Origin: an uncultured Dehalococcoidales bacterium
GTDB taxonomy: Bacteria > Chloroflexota > Dehalococcoidia > Dehalococcoidales > CAZFRL01
Assembly: GCA_964521325.1 (NCBI GenBank)
Contig: CAZFRL010000003.1
Coordinates: 6,373 to 70,372 of the forward strand
DNA length: 64,000 nt
Direction of reading: 5' to 3'
Shown here: piece by piece, positions 54,116 to 62,100 of the stretch
Layout of the letters: each line of letters begins with the position of its first letter
Position numbering within the stretch: the first letter of the stretch is position 1
The notes under the pieces: model-generated
What the model was told of the DNA's origin: nothing
Seen by the model: only the letters and a program-made list of their open reading frames with translations
The model's database searches: none
Position numbers and translations under genes: made by a program

Positions 54116-55075
54116 CTACTTAATGCCGGTTTTATGTGGAAGTATTATTCCTTTCCAAAACCCGAGAGTGTATAAAGTATGCTCGACAATATAGACAAAC
54201 GGTATCGAAACTAAATACCTAATATCTCTTTCTCGAATTATGAACTTCAAAGCCATAGTTACTAATAGAAGACAATATAAGCCCAGTAGAGATAGAAAGG
54301 CCCAACGGGTAAACAGCAGTGATAGAACAACCAAAGGGATAACCAATGGCGGGATAACTTGTAAGTCCCAGGCTCGAATCACCCCTCTCTCTTTTCCATA
54401 CCGATACATCTTTTTGGCGAATTTTCCCACGGTCCAGCCATGTTGGTGCAAAACTATTGCCTCTGGGGTATAGAGCAATTTTCCTTTCTTATAAAGCTTC
54501 TTATTCAGTTCCAAATCCTCTCCACCAGGTAACTTAATATTGAACCCACCTACCTTCAATATGTCCTGCTTACGATATACACTATTAAATCCACCAATGC
54601 TTCTTAAAAAGCGTTTGTTCTTGAAGAACCTTCCTTGTGGTGTTTTAGCACCTCCCAGAAATGTACCCATGGAAAGGTTGATTGATTTTTCCCACAGGCT
54701 GTCTCCTGTATTTTTTGTTGCCCCACCAACACCAATAATACCCGTATCAAATTCTTTAATTAAATTTCTTAGCCATTCTTTATCTGGTATACAGTCAGCA
54801 TCGGTAAAAGCTATATACTCCCCTTTCGCCCTTTCTGTTCCAATCTGACGAGCGCAAGCTATGGATTGAGCACCCTCGTAGAATATTTTCACTAGGAAGT
54901 TCCTCGCCTTTCCCACCGTCTCATCGGTGGAATGCCCATCAACGATGATGACCTCATAAGGCTTTAGTGATTGAGAAAAGACCGCTTTTAGGCATTGCTC
55001 TATCTTAGCAGCTTCATTCCGCGCCGGTATTACTACAGATATCTTGGGTCTACTCACTCCTCTTACTTCCCCCAA
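54116..55075 (-). CDS. glycosyltransferase family 2 with C-terminal TM helices
   Basis: 319 aa. VVIPARNEA, IIVDGHSTDET and TDADC. The TTG start overlaps the upstream gene by 26 nt, so the exact start is uncertain. Confidence 0.8.
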   Translation of the reverse strand: MGEVRGVSRPKISVVIPARNEAAKIEQCLKAVFSQSLKPYEVIIVDGHSTDETVGKARNFLVKIFYEGAQSIACARQIGTERAKGEYIAFTDADCIPDKEWLRNLIKEFDTGIIGVGGATKNTGDSLWEKSINLSMGTFLGGAKTPQGRFFKNKRFLRSIGGFNSVYRKQDILKVGGFNIKLPGGEDLELNKKLYKKGKLLYTPEAIVLHQHGWTVGKFAKKMYRYGKERGVIRAWDLQVIPPLVIPLVVLSLLFTRWAFLSLLGLYCLLLVTMALKFIIRERDIRYLVSIPFVYIVEHTLYTLGFWKGIILPHKTGIK

Positions 55076-55793
55076 ATAAGCAATGCTTAAGGCGAATTCT
55101 GACTACCGAGAGGGCCACACCGAGTCCATGCTTGATTGCCTTTAAGTTAAGGGTTGATGAGACATAGGAACAGGAGATGACAACTTCTCTGATAATAGCC
55201 CCTCTTCTTCTGGCTTCCTCCAGACTCTCAATGCTAGCACTCATTCCCCTCTCAGAAAGGGGAAGATTTGTAAATGCCTTTCTGTTGTAAGCCCTAAAGC
55301 CACTTTGAGCATCGGATACCTTTGTCTTAGAGCCAAGGTTAAACAGCAAGGTAATTACACTGATGCCGAATTTGCGATAGCTTGGCATAATAGCCGATTG
55401 AATTGGTTGGAGAAAACGGGAGCCAATGACAACGTCTGCTTCCCCGTTGAGGATAGGAGTTACTAACTTTGGTATTTCATCCGGGTTGTGTTGTCCATCA
55501 CCATCGATGATAACCAAAATATCAGCGGCATTTGCCTTCACCGTCTCGAAACACGACTTGATGGCTTCTCCATAGCCCCTATTTGTGCCATGATTTATTA
55601 CCTGGGCTCCGGCTGCTCTTGCTGCTTCGGCTGAGCCATCGTATGAACCATCATCTATCACGATGACATGGTCAACATAGTTCTTGGCCGTAGAAACCAC
55701 GTCACCAATAAAGTACTCGGTATTAAAACAAGGTATGGCGGCTACGACTTTAGGTCTAATTTTCTGAGAAGGTTGAGACAACTGCGGCATCAC
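55050..55793 (-). CDS. GT2 polyprenyl-phosphate glycosyltransferase (DPM1/GtrB-like)
   Basis: 247 aa. AAIPCFNTE, VIVIDDGSYDGS, NRGYGEA, IDGDGQH.P..IP and VIGSRF. Confidence 0.8.
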   Translation of the reverse strand: MMPQLSQPSQKIRPKVVAAIPCFNTEYFIGDVVSTAKNYVDHVIVIDDGSYDGSAEAARAAGAQVINHGTNRGYGEAIKSCFETVKANAADILVIIDGDGQHNPDEIPKLVTPILNGEADVVIGSRFLQPIQSAIMPSYRKFGISVITLLFNLGSKTKVSDAQSGFRAYNRKAFTNLPLSERGMSASIESLEEARRRGAIIREVVISCSYVSSTLNLKAIKHGLGVALSVVRIRLKHCLFGGSKRSE

Positions 55794-55914
55794 ATCTCCC
55801 TTATCCTAATCTTCTTGAGGCCTCTTCTTTTGGTACCTACCGCTAGAATCCTCAAAGCATCCATTACTGTTTAGTCTATGATGTATATTATCTATTTAAT
55901 ACCCGAGATTCCGG

Positions 55915-56112
55915 CTATTCTTCCCCACCTTTGATTCCCACCTCGTTGAACAACCTCCCCAGCTCACGACGGGCAAGACGGGTAGGCTTACCCCCGCTTT
56001 TCTCCCAGCGTTGCACTGTAGACAGACTGACGCATATCTCCCGAGCCAAATCTTCCTGTGTCCAACCCTTCTTTTTTCGCAGTTCCTTTACCTTTTCCTT
56101 AATTTGTTCCAT
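55915..56112 (-). CDS. XRE-family helix-turn-helix transcriptional regulator (65 aa)
   Basis: LRKKKGWTQEDLAREICVSLSTVQRWE is a canonical HTH_3/XRE motif. Confidence 0.85.
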   Translation of the reverse strand: MEQIKEKVKELRKKKGWTQEDLAREICVSLSTVQRWEKSGGKPTRLARRELGRLFNEVGIKGGEE

Positions 56113-56165
56113 TATAGAAGACCTGGGCTACATTAGGTAAGGTTTTACCTTGGGTATTATTAAGG

Positions 56166-56194
56166 ATTATAACACGTAATATGCCAGATGTCAA
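56166..56194 (-). promoter_or_regulatory. near-consensus sigma70 promoter of the XRE gene
   Basis: On the minus strand: TTGACA (56194-56189), 17-nt spacer, TGtTATAAT (extended -10, TATAAT = 56171-56166), ~55 nt upstream of the ATG at 56112. Confidence 0.65.
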
Positions 56195-56212
56195 TAGGTA
56201 TGCCAGTTGGCA
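56182..56212. promoter_or_regulatory. two operator candidates: TGCCAgaTGtCA (56182-56193) and perfect TGCCAgtTGGCA (56201-56212)
   Basis: The perfect palindrome ends 6 nt upstream (minus-strand sense) of the XRE promoter -35. The one-mismatch copy overlaps the -35 and spacer. Centre-to-centre distance is 19 nt. Confidence 0.6.
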
Positions 56213-56240
56213 AGTTCCCACCAAAATTCAACCTTCTATG

Positions 56241-56885
56241 TTACCTCCAGGCTTGCCCACTTTTGATAAGTGTATAGAACTTCCTTCGGCGTATTGTCAC
56301 TAGTACAAACCAAATTAATATTGCCATGCCCAAAAGTTCAGGTACATATACACCTGGGTCAGTGAACAGGCTATAGGAGATGTTCTGTGTCCAGTGGGTG
56401 AGGTCTGCTCTGGCAAAAGTAAAACCATAAATGGGCCAGAGAAGGGTTTGAGGAGTAAGCCACATTTGGTCAAAGATTAGGTGAGTAAAGGTACCAAAAC
56501 AAAGGATGAGGAGCCAGGGCTTTCTATAACTCCGGTTGAGGTAAAATCCAGCGAGGGTGATGATAAGGAGAAAGAGAATAGTGTGGGAAAATATTCTGCC
56601 ATTGCTAAAAGTGTCCCTGAAAAAGAACTGCCCTACAGGTTTATCAATGATGTCAGGGAGAAGCGAACCGATGAGCAGAAGCCTTATGTCTATCTTTTCT
56701 AAAAAGGCAAGCCACTTTGCGCTACCACTGGATGGGTAATTTTGTGTGGAGTGCATTCCAGAGGTAGACTCAAGGCGTTCCATTCCCGTATCAACCCTTG
56801 ATGGAAGGGAGTGGCATTTGGCGAGAGTGCTTTTTAATAGAACTGCCGCACCAAGGGTAAGTCCAGCGTGCCCAAATATCAGCAT
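56241..56885 (-). CDS. membrane-bound metal-dependent hydrolase-like protein (YdjM/DUF457-like)
   Basis: 214 aa. N-terminal MLIFGHAGLTLG, LPDIIDKP and multiple TM helices. Confidence 0.65.
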   Translation of the reverse strand: MLIFGHAGLTLGAAVLLKSTLAKCHSLPSRVDTGMERLESTSGMHSTQNYPSSGSAKWLAFLEKIDIRLLLIGSLLPDIIDKPVGQFFFRDTFSNGRIFSHTILFLLIITLAGFYLNRSYRKPWLLILCFGTFTHLIFDQMWLTPQTLLWPIYGFTFARADLTHWTQNISYSLFTDPGVYVPELLGMAILIWFVLVTIRRRKFYTLIKSGQAWR

Positions 56886-56975
56886 CCGATTTCTGTCTCT
56901 TGCATTATAATATATCTAAAAAGAATAGCATAATAATCGTTGGTGATGACCGCTTGGTACAGAAATTATATAGGC

Positions 56976-57004
56976 TTGCAAGGCAGGTAGGCTTATGGTA
57001 GTAT
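56976..57004 (+). promoter_or_regulatory. sigma70-type promoter candidate for hdrA
   Basis: TTGCAA (56976-56981), 17-nt spacer, TGgTAGTAT (extended -10, 56999-57004). Confidence 0.55.
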
Positions 57005-57040
57005 ATGGGCGAAGTAAAAACAGTTTTTGAGGAACACGAA

Positions 57041-57064
57041 TTTAGCCTCACCCCCAGGGCTAAA
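57041..57064 (+). other. 5'-leader hairpin upstream of hdrA
   Basis: TTTAGCC (57041-57047), a 10-nt C-rich loop, GGCTAAA (57058-57064). There is no U-tract, so it is not a classical terminator. Confidence 0.35.
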
Positions 57065-57092
57065 ATATATAAGGTAAAGCAGGAGATTAAGA

Positions 57093-59048
57093 GTGGAACC
57101 TAGAATTGGTGTATATATCTGTCATTGTGGCAGCAATATCGCTGGTACAGTTGATGTAGAAGAGGTTACCAGGTTTGCTCAACAGCTAGACTCGGTAGTG
57201 ATAGCACGAAATTATAAGTATATGTGCTCTGACCCGGGGCAGGATACCATCAGAAATGATATCAAAGAATACGAACTTAACCGGGTAGTGGTAGCTTCCT
57301 GCTCCCCGCTGATGCATGAGCGAACCTTCCGTAAAACCTGTGAAAGCGCTGGAGTGAACCGTTATCTATTCTACATGGCGAACATTCGAGAGCACTGCTC
57401 GTGGGTAACCGAAGACCCCAAGGAAGCTACCGAGAAAGCTAAGGCATTGGTCAGTGCAGCAGTAAGGCGTATTTATTACCAGGAGGCATTGGAAACCAAG
57501 AAGGTTCCAGTCAACCCCAATACCCTGATAGTAGGCGGAGGTATTTCCGGTATTCAGGCAGCTTTGGAGATTGCTGATTCCAAGCGTAAGGTCTATCTGG
57601 TGGAAAGAGAGCCTAGCATTGGGGGACATATGGCACAGCTGGATAAGACTTTCCCTACTCTCGATTGCTCAGCCTGTATTCTTACTCCAAAGATGACATT
57701 GGTGGGCTCCCATCCCTATATTGAGCTGATGACATATAGCGAAGTGGAGGAGGTTTCTGGCTATTTTGGCAATTTCACGGTCAAAATTAGGAAGAAGGCA
57801 AGGTATGTTGACGAAGATAAGTGTAATGGCTGCGGCTTATGCCAGACCAAATGCCCTTGGAAGGTAGATAGTGAGTTTGATGCTGGTCTGGGTAAGAGGA
57901 AAGCCATTTATACCCCCTTTCCTCAAGCGGTGCCTAACACACCAGTTATTGACCGAGAGCACTGTGCCTACTTTCTAAAGGGGACCTGTCGTGTCTGTGA
58001 GAAAGTCTGCGAGACGAATGCTATTGATTTTGAACAGAAGGATGAAATCATAGAGGTAGAGGTTGGTAATATAATCGTAGCCACTGGTTTCAGTCTGTTT
58101 GAGCCTACCGGTATTTATCAGTACGGCTACGGCTCCCTTGATAATGTCCTCACCAGCCTCGAGTTTGAGAGAATAGTTAATTCCTCTGGACCTACTGGCG
58201 GTGAAATTGTGCTTAAGGATGGTTCGCATCCCCAGAGTGTAGCCATTATCCACTGTGTGGGCAGTCGAGATAAGGACTACCATGAGTACTGCTCCCGAGT
58301 TTGTTGTATGTACTCAATGAAGTTTAGTCACTTGCTACGGGAGCATATTCCTGGAGCTGAAATTTATGAATTCTATGTTGATATCAGGAGCTTTGGTAAA
58401 GGCTTTGAGGAGTTCTACAACCGAGTCATGGATGAAGGGACAATATTTATCCAGGCCCGCCCTAGCGGGGTAACCGATGTAGCCGAGACGCCTGAGGAGA
58501 AGGGGAAACTCATTGTTCAGTATGAATTAGACAGTTCACAATGTCGCCAACCGGTGGACATGGTTGTTCTAAGTTGTGCTCTGGAGCCACAACCGGATGT
58601 CGAGGCTGTAGCCCGGCTATTCGGTATTAGCCGGAGTGCTGATGGCTTCTTCCTGGAGAAGCATCCCAAGCTCGACCCAGTGGCCACAATGAGTGATGGC
58701 ATTTTCGTGGTTGGCTGTGCTCAAGGTCCCAAGGATATACCGGACAGTGTAGCTCAGGCTTCAGCCGCCGCAGCCCGGGTTCTGGCTATGATTAGCAAGG
58801 GCAGTGTCGAGATTGAGGCAGCTACTGCCGTTATTGATGAAGAAATCTGCTCCGGCTGCAAGGTTTGTGAGCTTCTCTGCCCCTATAAGGCTATCTCCTT
58901 TGACGAAGAGAAGGAGGTATGCCGGGTTAACGAGGCTCTATGTAAGGGGTGTGGTGTGTGTGTGGCAGCTTGCCCTAGTGGTGCTATCACTGGTAAGCAC
59001 TTTACCACTGAGCAGATTATGGCTGAGATTGAAGGCATATTGGTATAA
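57093..59048 (+). CDS. hdrA: heterodisulfide reductase subunit A-like flavoprotein (HdrA)
   Basis: 651 aa, GTG start. IGVYICHCGSNI, GGGISGIQAALE FAD motif, PTLDCSACILTPKM, an inserted ferredoxin domain and a C-terminal 2x[4Fe-4S] domain. Confidence 0.9.
   Translation: MEPRIGVYICHCGSNIAGTVDVEEVTRFAQQLDSVVIARNYKYMCSDPGQDTIRNDIKEYELNRVVVASCSPLMHERTFRKTCESAGVNRYLFYMANIREHCSWVTEDPKEATEKAKALVSAAVRRIYYQEALETKKVPVNPNTLIVGGGISGIQAALEIADSKRKVYLVEREPSIGGHMAQLDKTFPTLDCSACILTPKMTLVGSHPYIELMTYSEVEEVSGYFGNFTVKIRKKARYVDEDKCNGCGLCQTKCPWKVDSEFDAGLGKRKAIYTPFPQAVPNTPVIDREHCAYFLKGTCRVCEKVCETNAIDFEQKDEIIEVEVGNIIVATGFSLFEPTGIYQYGYGSLDNVLTSLEFERIVNSSGPTGGEIVLKDGSHPQSVAIIHCVGSRDKDYHEYCSRVCCMYSMKFSHLLREHIPGAEIYEFYVDIRSFGKGFEEFYNRVMDEGTIFIQARPSGVTDVAETPEEKGKLIVQYELDSSQCRQPVDMVVLSCALEPQPDVEAVARLFGISRSADGFFLEKHPKLDPVATMSDGIFVVGCAQGPKDIPDSVAQASAAAARVLAMISKGSVEIEAATAVIDEEICSGCKVCELLCPYKAISFDEEKEVCRVNEALCKGCGVCVAACPSGAITGKHFTTEQIMAEIEGILV
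58053..59048 (+). repeat. high-identity paralogous block, copy 1 (hdrA 3' third)
   Basis: By-eye alignment with 61479-62519 gives >90% nt identity, with runs of ~97% (for example around 58600-58790 versus 62080-62270). The 5' ~860 nt of the two genes are clearly less similar (~78% aa). Confidence 0.8.
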
Positions 59049-59138
59049 GGTATTAACTCAAGAAGCGTTGTTTGTTGGTGTTCTTCCACAACGATAGACG
59101 AGTGCTAAACTTTATAAAGTATAAGCTGGAGGCTAAGA

Positions 59139-62100
59139 GTGGAACCTAGAATTGGTGTGTATATCTGTCATTGCGGCAGCAACATAGCTGGTACGGTTGA
59201 TGTAGAGCAGGTTGCCCAGTTTGCCCAGAACTTGGATTCGGTGGTAGTAGCTCGTGACTATAAGTTTATGTGTTCTGACCCTGGTCAACAGTTAATCAAA
59301 GATGATATTAAGGAGCTTGGTCTTAATCGAATAGTTGTTGCTTCTTGCTCGCCAACGATGCATGAACCTACATTCCGTCGCGTCTGTCAGGAGTCAGGGC
59401 TAAATCCCTATGTGTTTGAGATGGCGAACATTCGAGAGCACTGCTCGTGGGTGACTGAAGACCACGGGGAAGCTACCGAGAAAGCCAAGGCATTAGTAAG
59501 CGCTGCGGTAAGGCGGGTTTATTACCACCAGCCTCTGGAGACTAGGCGGGTTTCTATTAACCCCAATACCCTGGTAGTAGGCGGAGGCATTTCTGGTATT
59601 CAGGCAGCTTTAGAGATTGCTGATTCAGAGCATAAGGTCTACTTGGTAGAGAGGGAGCCCAGCATTGGCGGTCATATGTGCCAACTGGACAAGACCTTCC
59701 CTACTCTGGATTGTTCGGCTTGTATTCTTACCCCTAAGATGAGCGATGTAGGGTCTCATCCATATATTGAGCTAATGAGCTATAGCGATATTGTAGATGT
59801 CTCAGGGTTCGTAGGTAACTTCAAGGTCAAAATCAAGAAGAAGCCCAGGTATGTGGATGTTGATAAATGCACCGGTTGCTCGGATTGTGCCAATGTGTGC
59901 CCTGTTGAACTACCTGCCGAGTTTGAATTTGGGAGGAGCCAAAGGAAGGCGATATACCGTCCTTTCCCTCAGGCTGTTCCCAATGCTTTTACCATTGATA
60001 AACGGGGCTATCCACCCTGCCGGGCGGCTTGTCCTGCTGGGGTCAATGCCCAGGGTTACATAGCCCTTATTTCACAGGGTAAGTTCAAGGAGGCTCTTAA
60101 CCTGTTCAGGGAGACTCAGCCCTTTGCTAGGGTTTGTGGACGAGTCTGCACGCATCCCTGTGAGATTGATTGCGAGAGGGGAGGAGTTGATGAGCCAATA
60201 GCCATCCGCTCACTAAAGCGCTTCATGGCTGACTATGAGCTAAAGGTAGGCAGAGAAAAAGCAACTCCGGTTGAGAAAACGAAGAAAGAGGAAGTGGCTA
60301 TTATTGGCTCTGGGCCTGCCGGCCTGGCTTGTGCTTATGACCTTATTAGAGAGGGATACCCGGTTACTGTTTTTGAGGCTGCCCCGCAGGCAGGTGGTTT
60401 GCTGCGTTATGGTATCCCCGAATACAGATTGCCCAACGAGATAGTAGATAATGAAATTAGCTATATTGAAGAGCTGGGGGTGGAAATAAAGACAAATGCC
60501 CCAGTGAAAGACCTGGAGAATATTTTCAATCAAGGGTATCATGCCGTCTTCCTGGCAGCTGGTGCCGGCACCAGCCAGAAAATGGGTATTCCTAACGAAG
60601 ACACCAAGGGAGTAATCCATGCCCTCGACTTCCTAAATCAGGTGAATTTAGGGACAGAGGTTAGCTTAGGAAACCGGGTAGTTATTATTGGCGGCGGCAA
60701 TGCTGCCGTGGATGCAGCCAGAGTGTCCCGCCGTCTAGGAGCAAAGGAGGTTACGATTGTTTATCGTCGCTCCAGAGCCGAAATGCCAGCCGTCAAGAGC
60801 GAGGTTGATGAAGCGGAACGGGAGGGAGTGAAAATCCATATTCTAGCGGCGCCAGTCAAAATCCTGTCCCAGAATGACCACCTAACCGGTATCCGGTGCA
60901 TTCAGATGGAATTAGGCGAACCTGACGCCAGTGGGCGTCGACGCCCAATACCTATTAAAGGCTCAGAATTTGATATGGATGTCGATAATGTAATCATTGC
61001 CATCGGTCAGGCAGTGGATAAACCGGCGCTACCCAAGGAGCTAGAATATACCGGTTGGGGCACGCTCTCTGTTGACCCGGTCACCTTGCAAACCAACATT
61101 GAAGGTGTTTTTGCTGGCGGTGACGTGGTGGCTGGTCCAGCCGATGTTATTGCTGCTATTGCTGTCGGCAAGGAAGCTGCCATCTCTGTTAGTCGCTACA
61201 TCAGAGGAGAGGACTTAACAGAGGGAAGGCCAACCTCGATTAAAAGAGTACAAGAGGTATCAAAGGAAGGGGTGGAGAAGAAGGCGAGGAGTGCTATGCC
61301 AATGCTCGAGCTGGAGAAACGGAAGGGCTTTAACGAGGTCGAGCTAGGCTTCGATGAGAAAATGGCTATTGAGGAGGCCGGACGCTGTTTGAACTGTGGC
61401 GTGTGCTCGGAATGTATGGAGTGTGTTAAAGTCTGCGAGGTCAACGCAATCAATCATGAAATGGAGGAGGAGATTGTTGAGGTAGAGGTGGGTAATATAA
61501 TCGTAGCCACTGGTTTTAATCTGTTTGAGCCTACTGGTATTTATCAGTACGGCTACGGCTCCCTTGATAATGTCCTCACCAGCCTCGAGTTTGAGAGAAT
61601 GGTAAACGCTTCAGGACCGACTACTGGTGAAATTGTGCTTAAAGATGGTTCACACCCCCAGAGTGTAGCCATTATCCACTGCGTGGGCAGTCGAGATAAG
61701 GACTATCATGAGTACTGCTCCCGGGTTTGCTGCATGTACTCAATGAAGTTTAGTCACCTGCTACGGGAGCATGTTCCCGGGATTAAAGTCTATGAATTCT
61801 ATCATAATGATATCAGGAGCTTTGGTAAAGGCTTTGAGGAGTTTTACAACCGAGTCATAGATGAAGGGACAATATTTATCCAGTCTCGTCCCACCAGGGT
61901 AACCAATATAGCCGAAACGCCTGAAGAGAAGGAGAAACTCATTGTTCAGTATGAATTAGTAGACAGTTCACAATGTCGTCAACCGGTGGATTATGAATTA
62001 GACAGTTCACAATATCGCCAACCAGTGGATATGGTTATTTTAAGTTGTGCCATGGAGCCACAACCAGATGTCGAAGCTGTAGCCCGGCTATTTGGTATTA

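Noticed and set aside
7461-55793. Impression that the glycan locus is more AT-rich than the flanks (thrS, hdrA), suggesting horizontal acquisition
   Set aside because: This was judged only by eye and I did not compute GC or codon usage. Lower GC is common in glycan loci, and I found no integrase, tRNA or direct-repeat boundary. It needs a sliding-window GC and k-mer calculation before it can be claimed.
59049-59138. Possible terminator/attenuator hairpin between the two hdrA genes (CGTTGT-N16-ACAACG, ~59067-59094)
   Set aside because: The stem is only 6 bp with a large loop and no following U-tract. The two genes may simply be co-transcribed.
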